Of a DNA stretch of 64,000 bases, positions 38,708 to 48,127 are shown in pieces (position 1 is the first letter of the stretch; every line of letters starts with the position of its first letter). Both the position numbers and the translations under genes were made by a program. The DNA comes from a virus (taxonomy: Duplodnaviria > Caudoviricetes). The notes under the pieces were generated by a model. That model did not search any database, was not told the DNA's origin, and worked only from the letters and a program-made list of their open reading frames with translations. The stretch covers positions 64,001 through 128,000 of IMG/VR virus record IMGVR_UViG_3300032216_001891. One strand, written 5' to 3'.

Positions 38708-38732
38708 ATAATTCTCCTTAAATTTTTTTACT

Positions 38733-38762
38733 AGTATATAGTGGTTTCTACTGATATGTCAA
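38733..38762 (-). promoter_or_regulatory. Sigma70 promoter of the peroxiredoxin gene
   Basis: TTGACA-18-TATACT. Confidence 0.7.
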
Positions 38763-38763
38763 A

Positions 38764-39825
38764 TTATTTTTTACCGATGTACTCGTGACTGTAGCACACA
38801 CGATGGGCGTCTCTAACAGTGGTGGTGCCACCATAGCCCGGCATCTTACGTGCAGTGCCATCTTTGTTTAAGTAACTGCCGGCACGGGATTTCTTGTTCA
38901 TTGAAGTGGGGCGCCACAGAGGTGATTTTTCTCTATGCTCACCAAATGATGGGTGTGCGGTTTTAGAGAAGTATCGTAATCCACGACTCACATAGATTTC
39001 GGCAATAGCGTCTGAGAAGGCGGTGCCGATGCCCATGCCTTGGAACTCGGGCAGTATCACTGTCCTATGTCCACGCCAGTAACTGTGTATGTCTCTATTG
39101 GTTGAATGTATTGCGGCATGGAATCCAATGGGCTTATCGCCCAACAGTAGTACATAGTAGTGAGCTGATTTACTTATAGCAGTGTCTAAATAGTGATACT
39201 TACCGAAATATCGCCAATAGTGTCGACTTGTGCTTTTGATGGTGAATGTGAGTTTTGGTCTTGATCCCACTGGAAGAAGTGACCTCCGATTTTCTAAGAC
39301 ACAGAGGTCTGTGTCATAAACGCTATCAGGATCAAGCCACTCGACGATGTCACGGTGGCAACTAGCAATATACAATGGAGTTTTAGTTTCTTGTCGGTCA
39401 TAATATCGCCTTATGCTGAGTGCTAAACTTTTGGCTGTGTCTCTATCTACTACTGATGTAAATTCATCAATGGTCGTGATACCTCGATCCAAACACATGG
39501 CCATTTCAAATCTATGATACTCACCATTGCTGAGTGTAGCAGGCGTTCGAAACCAAGCTGGTATGGTTCTAAGACCACAGGCCAATAATAATTCTTCACC
39601 ACGTTCGGCGGTGGTGAAGTTGTTAATAACGCTCATGTCGTTGTCGACATAAGCAATAACGCTCTTGTTGCTACGGCTTAAGGTATCAAGTATAGTGCTT
39701 TTGCCCGATCCCGATGTGCCTACAATCAGCACAATGCCTTCAGTGGGCAACTCGGGAATAATAACGGACTGTTCTTTATAGTCAGTAATATCGTATTTTT
39801 GTTTAATTTCGTCTAGGTAGCTCAT
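38764..39825 (-). CDS. ABC-type ATPase fused to GNAT acetyltransferase
   Basis: GTSGSGKS, LSNGE, IDEFTSVVDR, SCH; C-terminal RTVILPEFQGMGIG acetyl-CoA motif. Confidence 0.88.
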   Translation of the reverse strand: MSYLDEIKQKYDITDYKEQSVIIPELPTEGIVLIVGTSGSGKSTILDTLSRSNKSVIAYVDNDMSVINNFTTAERGEELLLACGLRTIPAWFRTPATLSNGEYHRFEMAMCLDRGITTIDEFTSVVDRDTAKSLALSIRRYYDRQETKTPLYIASCHRDIVEWLDPDSVYDTDLCVLENRRSLLPVGSRPKLTFTIKSTSRHYWRYFGKYHYLDTAISKSAHYYVLLLGDKPIGFHAAIHSTNRDIHSYWRGHRTVILPEFQGMGIGTAFSDAIAEIYVSRGLRYFSKTAHPSFGEHREKSPLWRPTSMNKKSRAGSYLNKDGTARKMPGYGGTTTVRDAHRVCYSHEYIGKK

Positions 39826-40229
39826 ACTATTTCCTCAAAAAGATCTGGTGATAGAAAAACAGAATTAGCATATCTAGTTAGATGGTGTCCGTTGTCAGTG
39901 GTTACACGTTGATGACATACTCGACACAACACTTCAAGATTGGCGGTGGTGTTGTTGTGGCGATCACCGTCGATGTGATTTACATCTAATTGTTCGGGCC
40001 TTGTAATATGCGATGTACATTTAAATCCGTGATGTGCATCTGTATTGGAACACCCTTGGTTAGTTTTCCATTCATCAACTACAATCTTTCCTTTTGTACG
40101 ATGATGGTCACAAAACATTTTCCATCTGTATCCCGGGGATTGTTGACCCATTCTACCGTATTTTTTATGATAGTTAACTTTAGTAATACAATCGGGTAAA
40201 GCACATTTTGGTGCCCATAAATTTGACAT
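39822..40229 (-). CDS. HNH endonuclease
   Basis: DVNHIDGDRHNN...NLEVLCRVCH. Confidence 0.85.
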   Translation of the reverse strand: MSNLWAPKCALPDCITKVNYHKKYGRMGQQSPGYRWKMFCDHHRTKGKIVVDEWKTNQGCSNTDAHHGFKCTSHITRPEQLDVNHIDGDRHNNTTANLEVLCRVCHQRVTTDNGHHLTRYANSVFLSPDLFEEIV

Positions 40230-40268
40230 TTTATTTTACTCCAGAGTAATTGTGATAATCTTGTTTGA

Positions 40269-40751
40269 TCATTTAGCCATCTTGCATAATTCTTCCCAAC
40301 TTGAGATTTCGTGATCCCACCAGTGGTTACTGCGTCGTGGTGTTCCGTCTAACTCAAATGGTATACTTACAGCGTTAGCGTTCATATGCTGATAGGCCCG
40401 GTATGGTATATAGAAAAAATATTGTTGTTTAGTTAATCTTTCTGTTACCACTAACAATATAGGAGCAGAAGTATTTTCAATACCAAACCAGGCTTTTAAA
40501 CAGTTATTTTTAATATTACTTTTACCATTGGGGTTTGTTTGTGCATGTTTAATCTGTTTACCTGAGACTAGATCAATTTCTGGAGTATTCTTATCACATT
40601 GAGCAACGCCGGATTGTTTACTAATTGCTTTTTCGGCAAGCTCTCCAACTTCAATTAAATTTTGTTCAGCAAATATTTCAAACGCTTGTTCAAGGGTATA
40701 TGTGTTTTGTAATTTACTACCAAAAACGGTTTCAAGTAATATGTTAGGCAT
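40269..40751 (-). CDS. Putative PD-(D/E)xK-like nuclease
   Basis: GELAEKA...EIDL...KQIK spacing; AT-rich. Confidence 0.4.
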   Translation of the reverse strand: MPNILLETVFGSKLQNTYTLEQAFEIFAEQNLIEVGELAEKAISKQSGVAQCDKNTPEIDLVSGKQIKHAQTNPNGKSNIKNNCLKAWFGIENTSAPILLVVTERLTKQQYFFYIPYRAYQHMNANAVSIPFELDGTPRRSNHWWDHEISSWEELCKMAK

Positions 40752-40781
40752 CCTACACCTTTGTAAGTTAATGACAACTAT

Positions 40782-40810
40782 ATTATAAAATAAATTTTGC
40801 TCTCAGTCGA
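40782..40810 (-). promoter_or_regulatory. Sigma70-like promoter
   Basis: TCGACT-17-TATAAT. Confidence 0.55.
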
Positions 40811-40811
40811 C

Positions 40812-41363
40812 CTAAATTTCTAAACTACTACCCTTTGCACGATTGTAGAAAATGTGAGCACCAATTTTCTTTGCACGTTGGCCAACATCGGCCCAAGCGG
40901 GATTACGAATATAATCGGCATGATAAAATAAACTGCGTTCCAAGCCCGCAACACCTTCGCCCGCCAATACCGCCTGAGCAATTTCTTCACAACGCTGGTA
41001 TATACCTGGGTCGGGCCGTGGCAGTCGCTTCAACAAGGTCCATGAGAATTGACTGGGAGCATGCACTACACCACAAACAGTCTTACCCCAGTATCCCAAA
41101 CGTACACGATTCACTGTGACGTGACCCACTGCATACCTACCCACATCATCTTGATTGCCGGCCTCGTAATAAATGTTTCGAGCCATGCATTCCACGTCTC
41201 GAGCAGTGTAGTTGACACGATGACCGGTGTCAACAATACCTTCCAATCTATGCAACCGTTGTTCAATTTGTTCGGTTTGAGTTGATATATCACCAATGGT
41301 GTATGTAAGTCGAATCAACAACAGCACAGCAACGCCAGACAACAACAATATATAACGATTCAC
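40812..41363 (-). CDS. Cell wall hydrolase (SleB/Hydrolase_2) with N-terminal membrane anchor
   Basis: CMARNIYYEA, VTVNRV, QFSW, FYHADY, IGAHIFY. Confidence 0.9.
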   Translation of the reverse strand: MNRYILLLSGVAVLLLIRLTYTIGDISTQTEQIEQRLHRLEGIVDTGHRVNYTARDVECMARNIYYEAGNQDDVGRYAVGHVTVNRVRLGYWGKTVCGVVHAPSQFSWTLLKRLPRPDPGIYQRCEEIAQAVLAGEGVAGLERSLFYHADYIRNPAWADVGQRAKKIGAHIFYNRAKGSSLEI

Positions 41364-41395
41364 GATGGCCTCTACAAGTGGTTAGACAAGTAGTC

Positions 41396-41439
41396 ATTAT
41401 ACCAAATTTTGAATTATCATGTGTTGTGTTTACACAACG
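41396..41439 (-). promoter_or_regulatory. Promoter with -10 box and dyad centred at -41.5
   Basis: TATAAT 41396-41401; TGTTGT-GTTTAC-ACAACG 41422-41439. Confidence 0.6.
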
Positions 41440-41440
41440 G

Positions 41441-41815
41441 TTACAGATTTGATTGGAGATTGTTTAGATATGTGGCGAGATCACCACCGTGTAACTGTAG
41501 CATCACAGCATCGGTTTCACTGTGAACATACAGGTACCCAGTGGTGGCAAGATAGTAGGGCGAGCGAAAAACTCTTTCCAACTGCAACAGTTGACGATAC
41601 TTTACATCCGAGGACACAGCAACAGCGTGAAACACAATGTCAGTGTGCCGTTTGATCCAACGATGTCCTTGAGGTGTTAGTCTGAGACTGTGTGGGTTTA
41701 AGGGATTCTTCCACCATTGATGTTCAACACCGGGCCAAGCAGCTCCCGGTTCCACGTGATCAATTAAAAATTGAGTCCACGCGGCTTGCGAGTCAAGGTC
41801 GGTAAACGGTGTCAC
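41441..41815 (-). CDS. Hypothetical phage protein
   Basis: WWKNP...SLRLT...PYY. Confidence 0.65.
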   Translation of the reverse strand: MTPFTDLDSQAAWTQFLIDHVEPGAAWPGVEHQWWKNPLNPHSLRLTPQGHRWIKRHTDIVFHAVAVSSDVKYRQLLQLERVFRSPYYLATTGYLYVHSETDAVMLQLHGGDLATYLNNLQSNL

Positions 41816-42083
41816 CTTGCTTTAACAACACCACCGTAAAGGCGTGAGTCTTGAAAAGTGTATTGAGTTTCTTAGCCAAGTTTATGGCATGCCCTGAATT
41901 AGAGAATGAAACCTTCTTGTACTTGGGCCCAGGATAATTTATCAGCACGTTGAAGGTTTTTAAATTGATGGGTTGATCATTGTAAAACACTGCCCAGATT
42001 CCTTCGCTGGCCAAAACTTGGTCACTTTTGTAGTTTGATTTGTTTACATGTTCTACTAGAACTGTGGGTTTTGGACGACTCAT
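41793..42083 (-). CDS. Conserved hypothetical phage protein
   Basis: MSRPKP...PGPKYKKVSFSNSGHA; ATAAATA upstream; AGGAG RBS. Confidence 0.75.
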   Translation of the reverse strand: MSRPKPTVLVEHVNKSNYKSDQVLASEGIWAVFYNDQPINLKTFNVLINYPGPKYKKVSFSNSGHAINLAKKLNTLFKTHAFTVVLLKQGDTVYRP

Positions 42084-42139
42084 TGATATCTCCTGTATTT
42101 TTGATACAGTTATTTATGCCTATAAGTGCGTATATTATA

Positions 42140-42355
42140 TTAAAATCCGCCGCCGTCCATGTTGATCTCCACAGGACTGTCAATGGTGGCGGGTCGCTCA
42201 CTGAGTTCAGTGATGTGTGACAACAGTGCAAAAATATCTGCATGCAGGTTACGTGCATCCTGAGCAGTCATTACCAGTGTGGTGCTTTGTGTTTGATTCA
42301 TTACACGAATTCTATCATTGAAGTTTCGTACGTGTATGCTTAGTTTATGATCCAT
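42140..42355 (-). CDS. Small hypothetical protein
   Basis: Ends MDGGGF. Confidence 0.65.
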   Translation of the reverse strand: MDHKLSIHVRNFNDRIRVMNQTQSTTLVMTAQDARNLHADIFALLSHITELSERPATIDSPVEINMDGGGF

Positions 42356-42821
42356 TTGCTGTCCTTAAGTGTTGATTAGCTGTTTCCTGTGTGTGAAACG
42401 GTCCTTGATATTCATAACGATTCAATGTAATGGCCTTGGGACAATATCCACGCACCCAATGCGAATCAAATTTTATAATATAGTAGCCGGCACAGAAATG
42501 ACTTTTGCTCTTGGCAGTTTTGGTAAAAATTGGTAACTGTCGTTGTACATCAAACAACACATTGTAGGGACGATGCGGAGTGGGATAACCATAGATTTCA
42601 TAGGCTTTACCTTCGGCACTTCGCGGCTTTTCTGTTTTAACAAATTCAATGTTGTACTTCTTACTTAACAGTTTGATTGACGGAAATACTTCACGCTGTT
42701 CATTGCGAACATAGGCAACTCCGCCTTCGTCAATGGCCTGTATTGTAGCAATCTTTTCTCCCGATGCCTCTACAATCCAGAATTTATTTTTTACTACAGT
42801 TTTTGCTATGGTTTCAGTCAT
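42345..42821 (-). CDS. Hypothetical phage protein
   Basis: Start MTETIAK with ATGA overlap; KSKSHFCAGYY. Confidence 0.7.
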   Translation of the reverse strand: MTETIAKTVVKNKFWIVEASGEKIATIQAIDEGGVAYVRNEQREVFPSIKLLSKKYNIEFVKTEKPRSAEGKAYEIYGYPTPHRPYNVLFDVQRQLPIFTKTAKSKSHFCAGYYIIKFDSHWVRGYCPKAITLNRYEYQGPFHTQETANQHLRTANGS

Positions 42822-43186
42822 GTCAGTAATCCTATTATTAATATGTAAGTCAGTGTGTGTAGCAATTGGTCCAAGCCCATCAACCACCAAAATTCTTCAT
42901 GTGTTGTTGCTGTCCAACCGTAGTGACGATTGATGTTGACCTTGGCCCAATCAATGTGATAATGTAGTACAGTGTCCAATAAGCCCAGTATCATCGCCAA
43001 CTCCATACTATACCCAAACAAGGCCAGGCATAGCATTGTAGCTGTGCCATGTAGGCCAGCATGTAACACACCACCCGGGTGACCATATGTACCTTTGTTT
43101 AAGTATTGGTAAGGCCGTTGCAACAAAAAGTCCACAACAAAATGTTTGGTGAATAATACTAGTAGCAAGCTCAGTGTGGTGTTCAT
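42818..43186 (-). CDS. DUF3307-like membrane protein
   Basis: KHFVVDFLLQ, HYHIDWAK, GLDQLLH. Confidence 0.85.
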   Translation of the reverse strand: MNTTLSLLLVLFTKHFVVDFLLQRPYQYLNKGTYGHPGGVLHAGLHGTATMLCLALFGYSMELAMILGLLDTVLHYHIDWAKVNINRHYGWTATTHEEFWWLMGLDQLLHTLTYILIIGLLT

Positions 43187-43187
43187 G

Positions 43188-43538
43188 TTATTTTTTCAAA
43201 CAACTCATGGTGATTATTTTGCCCAGTTCCACACCTAGATCCTGCTCTTCGGGCACAATGTACAACTGTGGGTCTTGATATATGCGATTGATTTGCACAA
43301 TCCATCCGCCCGAGGCCGGGGTCACAGTGAGGTTTATACCATTCTTAAGGTCCACTGGTTGTGGTGCATGAGAGTTGCCGGTATTGACACCAAGAGTGTA
43401 CCCGGTGTTGTTTGTTGTGTGTATTTGATAATTTCCCACTGCCATGTCATTTTCCTTTTCCTGTGCGTTCACAAACCTAGTACGACTGGGAGCCGCTAAC
43501 CAATTCAATAACTGTACTCGCAAATTTGCAAAAATCAT
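43188..43538 (-). CDS. Hypothetical protein, paralog of 43885-44172
   Basis: VTPASGGWIVQ...LGKIITMSCLK. Confidence 0.65.
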   Translation of the reverse strand: MIFANLRVQLLNWLAAPSRTRFVNAQEKENDMAVGNYQIHTTNNTGYTLGVNTGNSHAPQPVDLKNGINLTVTPASGGWIVQINRIYQDPQLYIVPEEQDLGVELGKIITMSCLKK

Positions 43539-43888
43539 ATAGGATCCGTAAGCAGTAGCACTAGTTTGAGTTGTTCTTCAGCATGTTTTACTTGAGCCAC
43601 GGCCGCGGCCACTGTGACATTTTCTTTGGCCAACTGTTCCATACGATATTCTTCCTTTGACTTGTCCAATGCCCATTTCAATGCAGACATGACTTCATCG
43701 CTCAGTTGCACTGTGGTATAGCCAGCGGGCAACGATATCCAACTACCGCTATCAAACGCCTGTATATCATTACCACAGATACGTAGCATGCCCTGTGTAG
43801 GATTGTTGCTGTTTGGGGTAATGTACGGTAGGTTGTTATTACCATTGGTTACACTGATTCCCTGGTTTCCGGTCAAGCTTCTAATCAT
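43535..43888 (-). CDS. Hypothetical protein
   Basis: Coupled ORF. Confidence 0.65.
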   Translation of the reverse strand: MIRSLTGNQGISVTNGNNNLPYITPNSNNPTQGMLRICGNDIQAFDSGSWISLPAGYTTVQLSDEVMSALKWALDKSKEEYRMEQLAKENVTVAAAVAQVKHAEEQLKLVLLLTDPI

Positions 43889-44172
43889 GACTTCAATAAC
43901 TCCATGCTGACAATGTGTCCAATGGCAGTGGTGATGTCTTCGCCCTCGGGAATAACATGTGTGAACAAGTTATCTTGATCTGCTTTGCGATTGTAACTGC
44001 GAATCTGCACAACAGTTCCGCCCTGTGCCGGCATAACATTAAATGTCAAACCTTCAACTTCGACGTGAGCATGATTTCTACCCGCTTTTGTATGGTATAT
44101 CACTTCTCGCTCGTAGTCACGATGGTAATCCCAACCCCACTTCATTATTGCTGACCAAATTTTTCTAATCAT
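43885..44172 (-). CDS. Hypothetical protein, paralog of 43188-43538
   Basis: VMPAQGGTVVQ...IGHIVSMELLK. Confidence 0.65.
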   Translation of the reverse strand: MIRKIWSAIMKWGWDYHRDYEREVIYHTKAGRNHAHVEVEGLTFNVMPAQGGTVVQIRSYNRKADQDNLFTHVIPEGEDITTAIGHIVSMELLKS

Positions 44173-45161
44173 TTGGGATAACTCCTTGATAAAAATTCCA
44201 CGTAACCGGCGGCTTGCTCGCTGATTCTTTTTAAATCATACTTGCCACAAAACTTCAAAAACAGTGTACCAATCTGGCTCACTGCTTTGGGCACCGCATT
44301 GGTGGCTATGGTTTCTGTTATTTTTGCCTTGACATCATCGGGCTGTGCAGAAAGATCCACTAGTGTGACATTGCGTTGGTAATCATCCAACACTCTGTGT
44401 TCTTCTCCATTGTGGTCAGTCCAGCGACTCAGCATCAAGTTGTTCCACGCGAACCCTTTTTTATCCCGGTCTTCGTAGGCTTCTTTGAGTCCAACTTTAT
44501 TCTTACTTCCAACTGTCCTGACGCCATGGTACGCACTGAATACGTTGTCTGTGGGGTCGCCTCGCATACATTTTTCAAAAAGGATCCAACTTGGATCAGG
44601 TATGGATCGGTTTGCTTTAGTTTTTTTATCTTTGACTGGGGAACCCTTTTTGTCAAATATGCCCGTAATAGTGTGTAGCTCATCTGCTATCCCGTTGTAT
44701 TGTTGTACGTTTTCACGCAACAGTTGATAAAAATCTGTGTCACTGCTGACTATGACATGCTCGTCTTGGGGGTGACTTTGTATCCATCCGGCAATGAGAT
44801 CATCGGCTTCTAAATTCTCATGTTGTAGCACTGTGCAGTTGGTTTTCTCTGCTAGGAAAGTTTTAAGTTCATCAAATGCTTCCCAAAACAATCTATCCTC
44901 TTCGGCTTCGGATTCGGTCAAGGCCGCACGTGCCACCGAGCGATTCTTTTTATATGGTTCGTAGTAGTCCTTGCGCCACGATCTACCTTCCAAACAGAAC
45001 ACCACATGGTCGGCCCGTTGATCTCTAAAGGCCTTATTTACACTGCCCAAGGTAACATGTATAGCAAAGCCCAATCTGTCCCAAGTGTCTGTTTGTCTAT
45101 GGGCCGAGTGTCTAGCACGAAAGAATGTATTTGCTGTGTCAACTATTAGATATTTTGTCAT
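44169..45161 (-). CDS. rnh: T4-type RNase H / 5'-3' exonuclease
   Basis: LIVDTAN, SWRKDYY.PYK.NR, LEADDLIA, SSDTDFYQL, GDPTDNV. Confidence 0.9.
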   Translation of the reverse strand: MTKYLIVDTANTFFRARHSAHRQTDTWDRLGFAIHVTLGSVNKAFRDQRADHVVFCLEGRSWRKDYYEPYKKNRSVARAALTESEAEEDRLFWEAFDELKTFLAEKTNCTVLQHENLEADDLIAGWIQSHPQDEHVIVSSDTDFYQLLRENVQQYNGIADELHTITGIFDKKGSPVKDKKTKANRSIPDPSWILFEKCMRGDPTDNVFSAYHGVRTVGSKNKVGLKEAYEDRDKKGFAWNNLMLSRWTDHNGEEHRVLDDYQRNVTLVDLSAQPDDVKAKITETIATNAVPKAVSQIGTLFLKFCGKYDLKRISEQAAGYVEFLSRSYPK

Positions 45162-45167
45162 ACAGTA

Positions 45168-45196
45168 ATAATAGCATATAACTATTTAGTGGTCAA
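45168..45196 (-). promoter_or_regulatory. Hybrid promoter (sigma70 with embedded CTAAATA), leaderless
   Basis: TTGACC-17-TATTAT, then 6 nt, then ATG. Confidence 0.7.
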
Positions 45197-45883
45197 TAAC
45201 TTTAATATCATATTGGAATATAAAAATTCAGCCCAGGCTTGGTGTGCTGCTGCACCAAAATGGTAACTGTCAGGAGCCACTGTGGCAAACCCATTATTCT
45301 TACACCAGTTGTAGTACGTGAAATTGGGGTCATACGGAGCCAAGTAGCGGCCATTCCAATCAAACTGTTTGACACCGGTCCAGGGTTCGTAACTAGTGAA
45401 GAAAAAATGATTTACGCCCAAGCGTTCTAACTCTTGATGAAAATTGTAAATGTACTGATGCGAGCGATTCATGGTGGGTTGCCATTGGAATTCTGTTACC
45501 CATTTGCGATACTGTTCTTTTATCTGCTGAGGCCAATCTTCACCTTCACCCGCAGCATTTATTTGCCACCATACATCATCATAAAACCACTCTTCACGTT
45601 CCCATGTGCTCCAACCAATGATGACTAGATCGGGTTTGGGATTATTTTTTAGATATTGCCCAGTGGTTCTTATTATTCTACTGTTGCTGGCAGCACTTTC
45701 GGCATCACAGTGCAACACGGCACCCAACTGATTGGCTATGTGACAACCGTAACTTGCCCGTTCATTGTCAGGATGAGGCCTACGAGCCAAGGCCCAGTAT
45801 AGTGGATCGTCATTGGCAAAACAATAGTTGTTTACTGCTTCGGCACCGGCACTATGACTGTCACCGTTGACGTAAACGATCAT
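45182..45883 (-). CDS. SGNH-like protein
   Basis: NGDSHSAG, ASN, IIGWS, YHFGAAAH. Confidence 0.65.
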   Translation of the reverse strand: MIVYVNGDSHSAGAEAVNNYCFANDDPLYWALARRPHPDNERASYGCHIANQLGAVLHCDAESAASNSRIIRTTGQYLKNNPKPDLVIIGWSTWEREEWFYDDVWWQINAAGEGEDWPQQIKEQYRKWVTEFQWQPTMNRSHQYIYNFHQELERLGVNHFFFTSYEPWTGVKQFDWNGRYLAPYDPNFTYYNWCKNNGFATVAPDSYHFGAAAHQAWAEFLYSNMILKLLTTK

Positions 45884-46182
45884 TGCCAACCTATCATGCA
45901 CATGGTTTTGAACATTTCCCAGTCCTGTTCCAGTTCAAAGTAAAAGCGATAACGGGACTCCTGCCATGCTCCCTCGCAGGTTTCCTTGAGATATACACAT
46001 ATCTGTTCAGTTTGTCGTTGAGTCGCGGCCTTGTCCCATCTCCAAGTACGAACTCCGCTGGCCCATTCCGTTTGGTCACTCATCATGGGTTTGTCGGGCA
46101 ATACCCAATATCTAAAGACCAATTCCGGATTGCCATCACTGTCGAACGATTCTGCTCCTGATGATTTACCTGACTTCATCAA
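45880..46182 (-). CDS. Hypothetical protein
   Basis: ATGA-coupled. Confidence 0.5.
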   Translation of the reverse strand: MMKSGKSSGAESFDSDGNPELVFRYWVLPDKPMMSDQTEWASGVRTWRWDKAATQRQTEQICVYLKETCEGAWQESRYRFYFELEQDWEMFKTMCMIGWQ

Positions 46183-46667
46183 CTGATCTCGGTTTTGCCG
46201 TCGCCTAGATCCTTCCGATCCAGCACTCTTGGTCTAGCTTCAAGGGGTTGATTGGCTTCCCACTGTTCGTAATTCTCTTGTACAATGTTACGGCATACAT
46301 CCTGGAACCAGCGATCCACTATCACAGAATCTTCTTCGCCGGGTTTGCTTTGATAACCTTGTCTAACCAAGTTGACAATAAACTTTTCGTTCCAATCCAG
46401 TTCAAATGCACCGTTGCCAATGTTGTCTGGATCCAAGTCCACTTTGACCACACTGACCCAAGGCTCGCCTTTGAGTGTGGCTGTGTCCTTGGGCGACATG
46501 TTGCCCAAACGTGCCCATGTGTCTAATCCATCATCGGCATCTGCAGTTTTTTTTGTTGCGGCTTTGGGTTGTTTAGGCCTGGGCTGTTTAGGCTTGGGCT
46601 CGGGCGTTGGTGTCAGCTCAGGTGCAACCTCTGGAGTTGCTTTTTTAAATCTATCAAATATTCCCAT
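46179..46667 (-). CDS. Conserved hypothetical phage protein
   Basis: GEPWV...GAFELDWN...VDRWF. Confidence 0.7.
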   Translation of the reverse strand: MGIFDRFKKATPEVAPELTPTPEPKPKQPRPKQPKAATKKTADADDGLDTWARLGNMSPKDTATLKGEPWVSVVKVDLDPDNIGNGAFELDWNEKFIVNLVRQGYQSKPGEEDSVIVDRWFQDVCRNIVQENYEQWEANQPLEARPRVLDRKDLGDGKTEIS

Positions 46668-46671
46668 TTTA

Positions 46672-47007
46672 TTATCCTTTTAAATTCTGTATCTCATACT
46701 CATTTTTTAACGAATAAGGATTACAGTGGTTCAGGTCAGCAAGCCTGCGTCTTCCTTGGTTTTCCTCTTCCACCTTGGCTATCAAATCCATGGACCAGTC
46801 CGGGTACAAGCGTAACTCATACTCGCAAATTTGATCAATTTGCCAGGAATCAAATATCGCAGGCACATATTCATGTTTCTCGGCCTCTTCTACAGCATGT
46901 GCGTTATACTGTTCTAATCTTTCCCTGATGTCCAATACCAATTGTGCATAATCTTCATCAGTTACATATCCAAATATTCCGGCTATTTTTTTAAAAAATG
47001 ACATCAT
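46672..47007 (-). CDS. Hypothetical protein
   Basis: ORF in operon. Confidence 0.55.
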   Translation of the reverse strand: MMSFFKKIAGIFGYVTDEDYAQLVLDIRERLEQYNAHAVEEAEKHEYVPAIFDSWQIDQICEYELRLYPDWSMDLIAKVEEENQGRRRLADLNHCNPYSLKNEYEIQNLKG

Positions 47008-47012
47008 ACTCG

Positions 47013-47261
47013 TTAATCTTTCAACAACCATATTAAATGTTCTACTGTGCTGTGATACCTAGTAAAATAATCTGGACCTCTAACAATCAGCACACCCTGA
47101 TAAGCTGTTTCCAACCACATCAGTCGTCCACTTATGTCACACCGACGAGGCCACCATAGGTATCGCAACCGCCACTCAGCTTTTTTTCGAAATAGGTCAT
47201 CTCCATAAACAGGATTCCCTATGCTGTCAACAGAGTAGTAGTTGAATTTAGGTATAGGCAT
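47013..47261 (-). CDS. Small hypothetical protein
   Basis: WWPRRCDISGRLMWL; TAATG coupling to queE. Confidence 0.55.
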   Translation of the reverse strand: MPIPKFNYYSVDSIGNPVYGDDLFRKKAEWRLRYLWWPRRCDISGRLMWLETAYQGVLIVRGPDYFTRYHSTVEHLIWLLKD

Positions 47262-48127
47262 TAGGTGCCCCACTCGTTCTTAAAAAGCGGAACTTGAAGT
47301 CGGTCACTGTATCTCAAACCGTGTCGCATGGCCATCTCGGCCACACGGCGATTGTTTAGTGCATACACACTTTCTACTCCGCCCACTGGCATCAAGTACA
47401 CAGGTACGCATACCAAACTAGTCCAATATTCATCCCGAGCCCGCAGTGCATCCTCAAGATCCTGTTCTGTGGCAATTACAAATTTAAGATACACATCACC
47501 CACGTCTCGATATTCGCTTACTATTTTTGGAAGTATAGCATCTTCCCAACGCTCGCCCGATCCAGGAAGTTTGGCACTGACACTGAATGTGACTTCTCTA
47601 TCAGAGGGATAGCAATTTTTGTTCTTTTTCCACTTTTTCAAGTATTCCTTGAATTCAGGATCTAACTTTTGCGTACCATTGGTTTCAAATGTGATCTCTT
47701 TCAGCATGGCCATATCAGGATGATCCAACAGATCTGCATAGGCACGTTGCCAACCCAACAAGGGTTCGCCTCCAGTAATCACAAGATGTTCCCACAGCCA
47801 TCTATTCTCTGGTAATATCTCCATGATACGCTCCACAATGGCATCTGTGGAGAGCATGGGACTGAGATGTTTAAAGTCTGGATGCCACGACGCATAACTG
47901 TCACAGCCGGTTGACACCAATGGCAAACTTTCATATCGTGGATAAGGATACAATTCATGTACTGCAGCAAGTTCATCTGCTTCTGTGCTTGACTCGCCTC
48001 TGGGCATACCAAAGCCAGCACATTTAAAGTTACAGCCAAAAGTTCTAAGGAATACACTGGGTACTCCCATGTATTTGCCTTCACCTTGAATCGAGTAAAA
48101 CAACTCTGCTATTTTAATCTTGCTCAT
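47261..48127 (-). CDS. queE: 7-carboxy-7-deazaguanine synthase (radical SAM)
   Basis: ELFYSIQGEG, FLRTFGCNFKC...CDS (insertion before third Cys), ITGGEP, ETNGT. Confidence 0.9.
   Translation of the reverse strand: MSKIKIAELFYSIQGEGKYMGVPSVFLRTFGCNFKCAGFGMPRGESSTEADELAAVHELYPYPRYESLPLVSTGCDSYASWHPDFKHLSPMLSTDAIVERIMEILPENRWLWEHLVITGGEPLLGWQRAYADLLDHPDMAMLKEITFETNGTQKLDPEFKEYLKKWKKNKNCYPSDREVTFSVSAKLPGSGERWEDAILPKIVSEYRDVGDVYLKFVIATEQDLEDALRARDEYWTSLVCVPVYLMPVGGVESVYALNNRRVAEMAMRHGLRYSDRLQVPLFKNEWGT

Noticed and set aside
39822-40229. HNH gene as part of a group I intron or intein
   Set aside because: Free-standing ORF between intact genes; no split host gene
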